DNA of 64,000 nt from Candidatus Hadarchaeum sp. (lineage in GTDB: Archaea > Hadarchaeota > Hadarchaeia > Hadarchaeales > Hadarchaeaceae), in assembly GCF_049969415.1 (NCBI RefSeq), contig NZ_JBMFOX010000002.1, positions 32,001 to 96,000 on the forward strand. The letters are read 5' to 3'. Of this stretch, positions 49,752 through 58,961 are shown in pieces. The translations under genes were made by a program, and so were the position numbers. Every line of letters starts with the position of its first letter. The first letter of the stretch is position 1. Below the pieces are notes generated by a model. It was not told the DNA's origin, searched no databases, and saw only the letters and a program-made list of their open reading frames with translations.

Positions 49752-50114
49752 ATGCCGGCGTTGCGTACCCTTGGCTTAGTTATCCTAAGTGCTTTCGCTG
49801 TCGCGGTTGGGATATTCGGTTTCTTTTTAATCCGTGGGTTGGCGGATGAGGGGGTTGCCAGAGAGGCAGCCTTGAAGGTGGCTGAAGCCTGTGGCACGGT
49901 GATAGCTACAGGTGGCACGCAGAATGTCAGGGTGAACATCCCGGGAAACTATCACATGAGATTTATTGATAACCGGATTTTCGTCGACGGTTATGGTGTC
50001 CCGGAAGACGGCTTTGTGCTGCCATTTTCTGAAGACTCGCCTGAGCTGGGACCCGGTAGCTACGATCTCTCAATTTTCATCAGCGATGGTAGGCTGGTGG
50101 TAAGACGGACCTGA
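49752..50114 (+). CDS. Pilus-locus small membrane-anchored protein
   Basis: N-terminal TM followed by a short alpha/beta domain; within the operon. Confidence 0.6.
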   Translation: MPALRTLGLVILSAFAVAVGIFGFFLIRGLADEGVAREAALKVAEACGTVIATGGTQNVRVNIPGNYHMRFIDNRIFVDGYGVPEDGFVLPFSEDSPELGPGSYDLSIFISDGRLVVRRT

Positions 50115-50536
50115 TAAGGATTTTCAAATCAGTCTTAGCAATCTTGTTGGTGATAGTTTTTCTTTTCCTGCTAGTCTCAGCTTACAGCCAACACCAGAGT
50201 ATGCTGGCGACAGCAGGTTTGATTGATACCGCGACATCGATTACAAACAACCTAGTCCTTAACCGCTTGGCCCATGTTGAGGGGACTAGGCTACAGGAAT
50301 ATGTCGTCGATGTGGAAAGGATATCATCGCTGGAATTTAGACAAGAAATCGGCGGGGAGAATTACTCTTACCAAATAACAATTTTGTTCAACCCTGAGGC
50401 CGGGGTTGTTTTCGGGCCCTTCGGTCCCTCCCCTCCGGATGACAATCCGGTGAGCGCAATCTCAGTGCCGATTACCCTTTATCAAAACGGGCGCTTGGTC
50501 TACGCTAAGATGGAGGTTAAAGTGTGGCGGGCCTGA
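50105..50536 (+). CDS. Pilus-locus membrane-anchored protein (minor pilin-like)
   Basis: N-terminal TM, C-terminal KMEVKVW. Start is ACG 50105 after a GGTG SD, or TTG 50144. Confidence 0.6.
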   Translation, partial: TDLIRIFKSVLAILLVIVFLFLLVSAYSQHQSMLATAGLIDTATSITNNLVLNRLAHVEGTRLQEYVVDVERISSLEFRQEIGGENYSYQITILFNPEAGVVFGPFGPSPPDDNPVSAISVPITLYQNGRLVYAKMEVKVWRA

Positions 50537-51045
50537 GACGCGGCATAATAACCGAGAGGAAAGGAGTAAGTGATGTTTTATCAATAGCTTTCATGTTTTT
50601 GATAGTAGTCTTTGCCGGGGTTCTTTTGCACAGCTATCGTCTTGGGGCGATAGATTCAGCAGTCAGCCGGCAGATGCAGCTGAAAGCCGAGTACCTTTAC
50701 AGGGCCCTTGAACTATCCCAAGTGGAAAACTACTCACTCAGCTATCTTGCCGCCGTTGCCGAGAACGTGATTGGGGTATCACCCCAAGTAGTCCCAGGAG
50801 ACTATCTCCGGTCTCGGCTTGATGTTCTTTTGTCTTATTTGCGTCCTTCCGGCTATGGGGTTGTTTTTGAGGTCAGGCACGAGAACTCAGTTTGGGTCCA
50901 GATCAGCCCTAGCGACAGTGGACCACCTAGCCCTAACGTGGAGAAGTTTTCCTTTTCAGGAAAGTATACTATTGTGGTCGCAGGCTTGGCTGAAAACAGA
51001 GTGGCGCAGGCCGAAGCCACCATAACGCTGTTCAGAAAGGGGTGA
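50524..51045 (+). CDS. Putative minor pilin (class III signal peptide)
   Basis: ERKG|VSDVLSIAFMFLIVVFAGVLL. Confidence 0.68.
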   Translation: MAGLRRGIITERKGVSDVLSIAFMFLIVVFAGVLLHSYRLGAIDSAVSRQMQLKAEYLYRALELSQVENYSLSYLAAVAENVIGVSPQVVPGDYLRSRLDVLLSYLRPSGYGVVFEVRHENSVWVQISPSDSGPPSPNVEKFSFSGKYTIVVAGLAENRVAQAEATITLFRKG

Positions 51046-51051
51046 TAGTGA

Positions 51052-51729
51052 ATGGATGAGTTGGGATCAGCCGAACTGCTGGCGATATTCACGGTCTTTG
51101 TAATTCTTTCCAGTCTTGCGGCACTGAATACCTTTGAATCCGGTTACACGCGCCAGATCGAGTTGTTGCAAGAAAGGATGGCGGTTGACACCACTAGGGC
51201 CGTGGCTCTTGCTGTTGAAGCGGAACTGAATGATTCCCTTAGATCCGCAGTGGCCGCGGCCATGTTTGAGGCCGGTAAGTTTGCCGGATCAAAGGCAGAG
51301 GTGGAGTCACGCTTGCGAAACTACTTTAACCAGCGCATTGCCGCAGGGTGGTCCTACTCCAATTTCGATAATATCTACGTCCCGTTGAGCGATGAAAACT
51401 CGTTACAAATTGAGTGGCTACCTGATGGAGGCGTCCGCGTCTACGGCTATCTGGGGGCGAGCTTTAGCCATGTGTCCGGGGCCAAGGCCTTTGGAGTCAA
51501 GCTGGATGCTGGCGTTACCCCCCGCTACGGAAGAATGCTTTATCTAGCCAACTTGGCCTACGGCTGGGCACAGAAGGCAGCGGATATCGAGGCATTGGAA
51601 AGGGAGCTCAACGAGAACTATGCGGCGGAGATGTTTTCGTTCCACATTTACCGCGAAAACGGTGCCTTGAAGCTGACCATTACGGAGCTGTACGGCGGGC
51701 GGGCGATAACCCCGGAAGGCGAGGGCTGA
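51052..51729 (+). CDS. Putative minor pilin-like protein
   Basis: MDELG|SAELLAIFTVFVILSSLAAL, then a long helix; last gene of the locus. Confidence 0.6.
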   Translation: MDELGSAELLAIFTVFVILSSLAALNTFESGYTRQIELLQERMAVDTTRAVALAVEAELNDSLRSAVAAAMFEAGKFAGSKAEVESRLRNYFNQRIAAGWSYSNFDNIYVPLSDENSLQIEWLPDGGVRVYGYLGASFSHVSGAKAFGVKLDAGVTPRYGRMLYLANLAYGWAQKAADIEALERELNENYAAEMFSFHIYRENGALKLTITELYGGRAITPEGEG

Positions 51730-51784
51730 ATCTTGTATATTCCGCCGTATAGAATCGCCAGTTATAAATACCGAGGGCAAGGAG

Positions 51785-53125
51785 ATGAGAAGGGTTGAGA
51801 TATTGACCAAGGACGAGATAATCCAGACGGTGGAAAAGGAAGGCATCAAGTTCATCCAGATGCAGTTCACCGACATTTTGGGCACGGTGAAAAATGTCAC
51901 CATTCCCGCCACCAAGATCGAAAAGGCGTTGGACGAAGGAGTCTTCTTTGATGGTTCTTCTGTTTTAGGCTATGCCACCATCGAGGAATCTGACATGCGC
52001 CTGATGCCGGATCCGGAGACTTTCGTGATCATTCCATGGTTGCAGGACAATCTTAAGACGGCGCGGATGGTCTGCGATGTGTATGACCATGAGGGCAATC
52101 CATTTGAAGGAGATCCGCGGGCGGCATTAAAGCGGCAGCTGGAAAGGGCTAGGAAAAAGGGGTGGATTTTTAACACGGCTCCTGAGTACGAGTTCTTTTT
52201 CTTGATGTTGGATGAACAGGGGCTGCCCACAACCAGACCTTCAGATTCCGGCGGTTACTTTGACCTCATGCGGGACAGGGGAGACCTCATCAGAAAGGAA
52301 ATAGTTAACTACCTTAATCTGATGGGATTCGATGTGGAGGCTTCGCATCATGAGGTTGCCCCCGGACAGCATGAGATAGACCTCATGTACACCGATGCCA
52401 TGACCTCAGCCGATAGGGTGGCCATGATGAAGTACGTCACCAAGAATATTGCCTACCGCCACGGGCTCTACGCCACCTTCATGCCCAAGCCAATTTACGG
52501 CGTCAACGGCTCGGGAATGCACGTTCATCAGTCGCTCATGACGCTTGAAGGGAAAAATGTGTTTTACGATCCTAAGGGTCCGTACAAGCTGAGCAAGTAT
52601 GCGCTTTACTTCATCGGTGGGCTCCTGAAGCACGCCAAGGAAACCTGTGCCATTTTGGCTTCGACGGTTAACTCCTACAAGAGGCTGGTTCCCGGATATG
52701 AGGCCCCAGTTTACATTTCTTGGGCGAACAGAAACAGGAGCGCTTACATTCGCGTTCCGGCGGGCAGGGAATCCCACACCCGCATTGAGTTGCGAAACCC
52801 TGACCCTGCAGGCAACCCCTACCTCCAGTTCACGGTGATGTTAGCCGCCGGGCTAAAGGGGATCGAGGAGAAGATAGAGCCTCCGGAGCCTGTGGAAAAG
52901 GACATCTACCACATGGGCACCGAGGAGCGCGAGGCTTTAGGCATCGAATCGCTTCCGGAGAACTTGGGGCAGGCGCTGGATTATATGCGCCGGAGCCAGC
53001 TGGTAATGGATGCGCTGGGTGAGCATCTGTTCAAGCACTTTATCCATGTCAAGGAGAAGGAGTGGGAGAGCTATCGAGCCCACGTGAGCGATTGGGAACA
53101 CAAATTTTTGTTGCCAGCGCTGTAA
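51785..53125 (+). CDS. glnA: Glutamine synthetase type I
   Basis: FDGSS, HHEVAPGQHE, ATFMPKP, NGSGMHVHQS, NSYKRLVPGYEAP, NRSAYIR, RIELR. Confidence 0.96.
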   Translation: MRRVEILTKDEIIQTVEKEGIKFIQMQFTDILGTVKNVTIPATKIEKALDEGVFFDGSSVLGYATIEESDMRLMPDPETFVIIPWLQDNLKTARMVCDVYDHEGNPFEGDPRAALKRQLERARKKGWIFNTAPEYEFFFLMLDEQGLPTTRPSDSGGYFDLMRDRGDLIRKEIVNYLNLMGFDVEASHHEVAPGQHEIDLMYTDAMTSADRVAMMKYVTKNIAYRHGLYATFMPKPIYGVNGSGMHVHQSLMTLEGKNVFYDPKGPYKLSKYALYFIGGLLKHAKETCAILASTVNSYKRLVPGYEAPVYISWANRNRSAYIRVPAGRESHTRIELRNPDPAGNPYLQFTVMLAAGLKGIEEKIEPPEPVEKDIYHMGTEEREALGIESLPENLGQALDYMRRSQLVMDALGEHLFKHFIHVKEKEWESYRAHVSDWEHKFLLPAL

Positions 53126-53151
53126 TCAAAAAATTTAGTATTTTTGATTTT

Positions 53152-53355
53152 TGGCGCGGGGACGATCGCGAAACTACTCCGCGGCGGCTCGGTTACCCAG
53201 CCGCGCTTTCGTTTCGAGATCTTTATCCGACATCCATGCTTCGGTACACACTGCCGTGACCTTATCCACGGCCTCCCCCAGCTGCGCTGAGTTTTTCCGT
53301 GGATCCCCCGAACCCGTGGGTTCGAGTTCAGCCTGTTCTGTCGGCTTATCCCCGC
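53152..53355 (-). ncRNA. Unidentified 204-nt structured RNA with tRNA-like acceptor stem and encoded GCCA 3' end
   Basis: 5' GCGGGGA pairs with 3' TCCCCGC, followed by GCCA; several internal hairpins whose G-U pairs work only on the minus strand; AT-rich flanks with a TATA box about 25-31 nt upstream. Confidence 0.7.
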
Positions 53356-53379
53356 AATTTCCATTTAACAAATTTTTAA

Positions 53380-53392
53380 TAATAAATTTTTC
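53380..53392 (-). promoter_or_regulatory. BRE/TATA promoter of the 204-nt RNA
   Basis: Minus strand GAAAAATTTATTA, with the TATA element 25-31 nt upstream of G53355. Confidence 0.55.
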
Positions 53393-53455
53393 GATAATGT
53401 TTCAGCGTTTTTTGACGTTGAAAGTCTAGTTTTTGATCAACATTTGTGTTCTAGT

Positions 53456-54718
53456 TTACGGGAAGAGACCCAGTCTTTCTTGGGCGTCTATTACCCTTTT
53501 GACACCGAGGATGTAGGCGCCTGTGGGCAAATCAACTTGGTATTCATTCGCAGTCTTTGAAGCGTCGTGGTAAGCTTTCACCATGTGATTTTCTAGTTTT
53601 TGGTTGACCTCGCTTTCGCTCCAGTGCTCTCGGTGGAGGTTTTGTATCCATTCAAAATAGCTGACGGTAACCCCACCTGCGTTGGCCAGGATATCGGGAA
53701 CGACGAGCACTCCCTGCTCGTGCAATATTTCCCTAGCTTTTGGCGTGCTGGGACCATTCGCGCCCTCAGATATGATTTTTGCCTTGATTTTGCTCGCGTT
53801 CGCCTCGGTTATCACGTTTTCCATCGCCGCCGGTACCAGAATATCGCACTCTAGCTGTAGGAGTTCTTCATTGGTAATCTCCTCTCCGCGGCCGAACCCA
53901 CGCAACTTACCTGTTTTCTCCTTGTGTTTTATCGCGGCTTTGACATCAAATCCCTTCGGATCGTAGATGCCGCAGGTTGAGTCGCTCAAGCCAATTATCT
54001 TACAACCCATCTCTTCGAGGACCGCCGCTGCCCACTGGCCGACGTTGCCAAAGCCCTGAACCACGGCCGTTAGTCCTTTCATTTTCAGCCCCAGTTGTTT
54101 GGCGGCCTCTCTGGCACAGATGGCCGCACCGCGTCCGGTCGCTTGTTTTCTCCCCTCAGAACCGCCGAGTTCAATCGGCTTTCCGGTGACGACTTCAGGT
54201 ACCATATAACCCCTGAGCTGGCTGTAAGTGTCCATTATCCAGGCCATCGTTTGGGCATCGGTGTACATATCCGGAGCCGGCACATCTTTGAAGGGGCCGA
54301 TGTCGTCAAAGATCATGGCAGTATATCTTCTCGTCAATCTTTCAATTTCACCCTTCGACAACTGTTTTGTATCCACAGTTACGCCACCCTTGGCCCCGCC
54401 GTAGGGTATATCAACCACGGCGCATTTCCAAGTCATCCACATCGCCAGTGCCTTGACTTCGTCCATGTCGACTTTCGGATGGTATCTTATGCCTCCCTTG
54501 AAAGGACCTCTAGCGTGGCAATGCTGGACTCGGTAGCCGGTAAAAACCTTTATTTCCCCGTTGTCCATGCGCACGGGAACGGAGACAATAATTGTTCGGC
54601 GTGGGTGTTTTAATCTTATAGTTACACAAGGGTCCAACTTCAATATTTCTTCAATAATTTCCAATTGTTCTACCGCGGCTTTGTATGGGTTTAAATTGCT
54701 TGCCGTAATGTCACCCAA
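53456..54718 (-). CDS. gdhA: Glutamate dehydrogenase
   Basis: RGPFKGGIRYHP, MTWKCA, GGAKGG, DVPAPD, VTGKP, QGFGNVG, EGANGP, NAGGVTVSYFEW. Confidence 0.95.
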   Translation of the reverse strand: MGDITASNLNPYKAAVEQLEIIEEILKLDPCVTIRLKHPRRTIIVSVPVRMDNGEIKVFTGYRVQHCHARGPFKGGIRYHPKVDMDEVKALAMWMTWKCAVVDIPYGGAKGGVTVDTKQLSKGEIERLTRRYTAMIFDDIGPFKDVPAPDMYTDAQTMAWIMDTYSQLRGYMVPEVVTGKPIELGGSEGRKQATGRGAAICAREAAKQLGLKMKGLTAVVQGFGNVGQWAAAVLEEMGCKIIGLSDSTCGIYDPKGFDVKAAIKHKEKTGKLRGFGRGEEITNEELLQLECDILVPAAMENVITEANASKIKAKIISEGANGPSTPKAREILHEQGVLVVPDILANAGGVTVSYFEWIQNLHREHWSESEVNQKLENHMVKAYHDASKTANEYQVDLPTGAYILGVKRVIDAQERLGLFP

Positions 54719-54859
54719 AGAGAGTAGCTACAACTATTTATAAGATTTATCAAAAGCACCTAACTGGTATTTTTAGGATTATATTGGGGAAATGTTAATC
54801 ACAAGTACTTAACCAAAAGCAAGATAATAAGCCCTTGCGTTTAATATTAAGAGGATAAC

Positions 54860-56104
54860 GTGAACGATTTCACCCATGTGGTAACGCTGGAATCGGCCAA
54901 GGCAGCGTTGGAAGAAAAATGGCGGCCCAAGCCCCGCGATGTAGTTATTCCGGCCGCTTCCGCAGTTGGTCGGGTTTTGTCAAAGGATATAATTTCCAAA
55001 ATAGACGTTCCTCCGTTTGACCGGGCGACCTATGATGGCTACGCAGTAAAAGCCTCAGATACCTTTGGTGCTACCGAGCGCTCGCCCATTGAACTTAGGC
55101 TGGCGGGAAGGGTTGTGGCGGGAACTTGGCCAAAGATGGTTCTGAGGTCGGGATTCTGTGCTGAGATAACTACGGGGGCACCGCTGCCACGAGGAGCAGA
55201 TGCAGTGGTAATGTCGGAATACGTTGTGCCGGCGGATGGTTCGGTAACTTGCTACCGAGCTGTATCCCCCGGGGAGAACGTTACCAAGAGGGGCTCCGAT
55301 ATCAGAAAAGGACAGCCGGTGCTCAGGAGATTAAAACGGCTTAATTACCTTGATGTTGCTGTTCTTGCGGCGGCGGGGGTTGATAAAGTCATGGTTAGGG
55401 ACAGGCCAAGGGTGGCGATTATCTCTACTGGTTCGGAGCTGGTGGAGCCAGGAGCAAGGCTTAGGCCGGGAAAGATCTACGACGTTAATGCGACATCACT
55501 CTCGGAGTCGGTGAGGGCCTGCGGTGCCGAACCAATTTTTCTTGGCATTGTGCCTGACAGATTTTCGGCCATCAAAGCCGCGGTAAGTAAAGGAATCAAA
55601 GCCACCAACATAGTCCTGATCTCTGGCGGTTCTTCCGTGGGTGTGGGGGACATTACCCCTGGAGCGGTAGCCAGCTTGGGTAAACCGGGCATCATCGTTC
55701 ATGGTATCGCCATGAAACCGGGTAAACCGACTTTCATTGCCGTGGTCAAAAATAAGCCCGTCTTCGGCCTTCCAGGCTACCCCGTTTCTGCTCTCATGGT
55801 ATTTGACCAGCTCGTCGCCGATTACCTGCATGAACTCTCAGGAGTCCCGCGGAGCCCGCGGCGTATTGTCCCGGCAAAGCTCGCGTCCAGGATTCTTTCG
55901 GCTAAGGGCAGGAAGGAACTCGTCCCGGTCAGACTGGTGAAAAAAAACGGCCAGAATTTTGCCGAGCCGGTTCTTAAGGGATCGGGGGCCATCACTTCTC
56001 TCTCAACCGCCGACGGCTACATTGAGGTGCCGCTGGAGCGAGAAATCGTTGACGAGGGCGAGGTTGTTGAGGTGAAGCTTTTTGAAGGGGTCGACCATAC
56101 CTAG
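54860..56104 (+). CDS. moeA: Molybdopterin molybdenum/tungsten transferase MoeA (paralogue 2)
   Basis: PPFDRATYDGYAV, TTGAPLP, STGSEL, SGGSSVG, MKPGKPT, GLPGYP. Confidence 0.92.
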   Translation: MNDFTHVVTLESAKAALEEKWRPKPRDVVIPAASAVGRVLSKDIISKIDVPPFDRATYDGYAVKASDTFGATERSPIELRLAGRVVAGTWPKMVLRSGFCAEITTGAPLPRGADAVVMSEYVVPADGSVTCYRAVSPGENVTKRGSDIRKGQPVLRRLKRLNYLDVAVLAAAGVDKVMVRDRPRVAIISTGSELVEPGARLRPGKIYDVNATSLSESVRACGAEPIFLGIVPDRFSAIKAAVSKGIKATNIVLISGGSSVGVGDITPGAVASLGKPGIIVHGIAMKPGKPTFIAVVKNKPVFGLPGYPVSALMVFDQLVADYLHELSGVPRSPRRIVPAKLASRILSAKGRKELVPVRLVKKNGQNFAEPVLKGSGAITSLSTADGYIEVPLEREIVDEGEVVEVKLFEGVDHT

Positions 56105-56831
56105 GGCCGTTTCAGTTGTTGGCTTTCATGGCGCGGGAAAGACGAAACTGGTGGTCTCGATTATCAAGGAGCTGGTTAGACGCGGTTACCGAGTGGGCAC
56201 GGTGAAACACATCCCGGAAAGAAATTTCACCATTGATCAGGCCGGTAAGGATACATGGACGCACGCTAGGGCCGGTGCCGAGCTGGTGGTTTCCCTTGCC
56301 CCTGGCGAGTTGGCCAGAATTGAAAAACGTTCGGGAGGGCTAGATGAAATTCTAGGGGGCTTGTCTGGGATCGACTTTGTTATCGTTGAGGGTTTCAAAA
56401 GTTTCAGAGGTCTCGCAAGGATAATCGTGGCGAGGAACCGAGCCGAGGTCAACGAACTCGCGGACGAGTTCACCATTGCCTGCGTGGGGTTTAGCTCCTC
56501 CTCGATTCCGTCCTTTGATTTCAAGCAGGTTAAAGAGATAGTGGATTTAATCGAGCAAAGGTCCTTTCCACCTCTTCCGGGCATCGACTGTAAACACTGC
56601 GGCTTTGAGAGCTGCGAGAAGTTTGCCATCGCTGTAGTTTCCGGTAGGAGACGGTGGGAGGAATGCCAAGCGCTTGCCAGAGAGGTAGTTTTGAAAATAG
56701 ATGGCAGGCAGATTCCCCTCAAACCATTTGTCCAAGAATTTCTGGCCGGAGCGATTAAGGGGATGGTAAGCTCGCTCAAGGATACCCAAGGCAGAAACAT
56801 CGAGATAATGGTGATAAATCGTGATGGATAG
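56082..56831 (+). CDS. mobB: Molybdopterin-guanine dinucleotide biosynthesis protein MobB with Fe-S domain
   Basis: GFHGAGKT, VKH, GKDTW, VEGFK; DCKHCGFESC...C; IPLKPFVQ. Confidence 0.88.
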   Translation: MKGSTIPRAVSVVGFHGAGKTKLVVSIIKELVRRGYRVGTVKHIPERNFTIDQAGKDTWTHARAGAELVVSLAPGELARIEKRSGGLDEILGGLSGIDFVIVEGFKSFRGLARIIVARNRAEVNELADEFTIACVGFSSSSIPSFDFKQVKEIVDLIEQRSFPPLPGIDCKHCGFESCEKFAIAVVSGRRRWEECQALAREVVLKIDGRQIPLKPFVQEFLAGAIKGMVSSLKDTQGRNIEIMVINRDG

Positions 56832-57753
56832 ATACGGGCGTTCAGTCAATGGACTCAGGGTCTCGGTGACCGAGGCCTGCAATTTCAACTGCTTTTACTG
56901 CCATCGCGAGGGCTGCCCGGAGAGTTCCCGGGAGATGTCTTCCGAGGAAGTGGGCTGCATAATAGAGATAGCGGCGGGGTTCGGCGTGGAGAAGGTCAAG
57001 ATTACTGGAGGGGAGCCGCTGCTCCGCCGGGATATAGTTGATATTGTCGCCGCCTCGGTGAAGCCCGGGATAAAAGAGGTTTCCATGACGACCAATGGTG
57101 CCCTGCTTTCCGAAAAGGCGCAGGAGCTTGCAGAGGCAGGCCTTAATCGGGTCAACATCAGCCTAGACACCCTTGATGCCGAAAAATTTGCTAGGATTAC
57201 CCATAACGGGTCATTGGGGAAAGTACTTGACGGGATAGACGCCGCACTTGAGGCCAAGCTTGTTCCCATTAAGTTGAATATGGTGTTGCTCAAGGGAATA
57301 AATGAAGATGAGGTCGACCGAATGATTGACTTTGCTGGCAAGCGGGGCATGATACTGCAGCTCATCGAGCTGGTGGACTTGAACGGAGCTGATTTTAGGG
57401 AGCATCACCTCGCCCTCGAGGAAATCGAACGTAGCCTTGCCGCCCGAGCCACCGTTGTCAGAACAAGGCGATTGATGCAGTCCCGCAAGAGGTACCTGTT
57501 GCCTAATGGAGAGGTTGAGGTGGTGCGCCCGATGCACAACACGAAGTTCTGCGCCCACTGCCATCGGCTACGGCTGACACCCGACGGCTACCTCAAACCG
57601 TGTTTAATGAGGAACGACAACTTGGTAGATATTCTGTCGCATGTTCGGGAGGGAGACCTTAATGGGGCAAGGAGGGCGTTTGTCGAGGCGGTGCGGAGGC
57701 GGGAACCGTTTTTTAAGAGAACGGAGCGGGAGAGATGTCCGCACGCGCTGTGA
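56821..57753 (+). CDS. moaA: GTP 3',8-cyclase MoaA (radical SAM)
   Basis: LRVSVTEACNFNCFYCH, TGGEPL, NISLDTL, FCAHCHRLRLT.DG.LKPCL. Confidence 0.94.
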   Translation: MMDRYGRSVNGLRVSVTEACNFNCFYCHREGCPESSREMSSEEVGCIIEIAAGFGVEKVKITGGEPLLRRDIVDIVAASVKPGIKEVSMTTNGALLSEKAQELAEAGLNRVNISLDTLDAEKFARITHNGSLGKVLDGIDAALEAKLVPIKLNMVLLKGINEDEVDRMIDFAGKRGMILQLIELVDLNGADFREHHLALEEIERSLAARATVVRTRRLMQSRKRYLLPNGEVEVVRPMHNTKFCAHCHRLRLTPDGYLKPCLMRNDNLVDILSHVREGDLNGARRAFVEAVRRREPFFKRTERERCPHAL

Positions 57754-57850
57754 TCTGCGACGCGGTGGCAGCCTAAGATTTCCGGTTTTGGCGGTCCGGC
57801 CATAGGTGGTGATTTATAGATTAAAATCGAGGATTCCACTTGGTGTGGTG

Positions 57851-58948
57851 ATGGGGGGAAATACCTTCGGCAAGATTTTTAAGATAACCACCTTTGGAGA
57901 AAGCCATGGGCTGGCGGTTGGGGTGGTGGTCGATGGCGTGCCCGCAGGGATGCCGCTGAGCGAGGCCGATGTCCAGCGTGAACTTGACCGACGGCGCCCT
58001 GGTCAATCGATTTTAACAACGCAACGGAAGGAGCGAGATAAAGTGGAAATCCTCTCCGGAGTTTTTAAGGGGAGGACGATAGGCACCCCAATCTGCATGA
58101 TCGTTCGCAATCTCGACGTTGATTCTCGGCCCTATGAAAAAGTCAGAACAAAGCCGCGCCCGGGCCATGCCGATCTCACCTACTGGTTGAAGTATGGTCA
58201 TGTTGATTATCGGGGAGGAGGGAGAAGCTCCGCTCGAGAGACGATAGGGAGGGTAGCGGCCGGGGCCGTTGCAAAGAAGCTCTTGGCGGCGTACGGTGTA
58301 GAGATCTTGGGCCACACCGTGGAGGCAGCGGGCGTGGCCATCGACCGGCAGCCAACGCTGAAGGAGATTAAAAGGAACGTGGAGAAAAATCCGGTAAGGT
58401 GTGCCATACCTGAAAAAGCGGAGATGATGCTAAAGGCGATTTTACAGGCCGCCGCCGAAGGTGACAGTACTGGCGGCGTCGTCGAGGTGCAGGCGCACGG
58501 TGTCCCTGCCGGACTAGGTGAGCCTGTGTTTGGGAAGCTGGATGCTGAGATAGCTGCCGCGATGATGTCTATCGGTTCCGTCAAGGCGGTTGTCATCGGG
58601 GAGGGAGACAAACTTGCGCGCTTGCGGGGCTCTGAGGCCAACGATGCGATTGTAATTCGAAAAGGAAGGATAGTCACCGCCACCAACCGGGCGGGCGGCG
58701 TTCTGGGAGGAATCTCCACCGGGATGCCAATTGTGGTGCGTCTGATGGTTAAGCCCACACCTTCGATATCGAAACCGCAGCGGACCGTTGACTTGGTAAA
58801 AATGGAGGAAGCTGAGATCAGTCTCGAGGGGCGCTTTGACCCCAACATCTGTCCGCGGATAGTGCCCGTGGCCGAGGCGATGCTGGCGCTGGTCTTGGCC
58901 GACCACATGATCCGCGCTGGAAAAATTAATCCCGACAGATTTGTCTGA
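57851..58948 (+). CDS. aroC: Chorismate synthase
   Basis: [41 protein letters not shown]. Confidence 0.96.
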   Translation: MGGNTFGKIFKITTFGESHGLAVGVVVDGVPAGMPLSEADVQRELDRRRPGQSILTTQRKERDKVEILSGVFKGRTIGTPICMIVRNLDVDSRPYEKVRTKPRPGHADLTYWLKYGHVDYRGGGRSSARETIGRVAAGAVAKKLLAAYGVEILGHTVEAAGVAIDRQPTLKEIKRNVEKNPVRCAIPEKAEMMLKAILQAAAEGDSTGGVVEVQAHGVPAGLGEPVFGKLDAEIAAAMMSIGSVKAVVIGEGDKLARLRGSEANDAIVIRKGRIVTATNRAGGVLGGISTGMPIVVRLMVKPTPSISKPQRTVDLVKMEEAEISLEGRFDPNICPRIVPVAEAMLALVLADHMIRAGKINPDRFV

Positions 58949-58961
58949 GGGAGGGGCTGGT

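Noticed and set aside
53152-53355. Reading the 204-nt RNA as RNase P RNA, SRP RNA, tRNA-Sec or a c-di-AMP riboswitch
   Set aside because: GGAAAAACTC and ACAGAA resemble RNase P CR-I and CR-V, but they are in the wrong order and give no proper P4. There is no SRP helix-8 motif and no UCA anticodon arm. GCTGAA...GGGGGATCCA...TGGGG only loosely recalls ydaO, and no gene lies downstream on that strand. None is formally excluded without a covariance-model search.
53071-53429. ORFs 53071-53364(-), 53151-53429(+) and 53174-53371(-) as protein genes
   Set aside because: No recognisable protein features or SD; they overlie the structured RNA, and the minus-strand starts fall upstream of its predicted 5' end
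28943-56104. Two moeA paralogues as a novelty
   Set aside because: Two MoeA copies are common in archaea that use Mo/W enzymes
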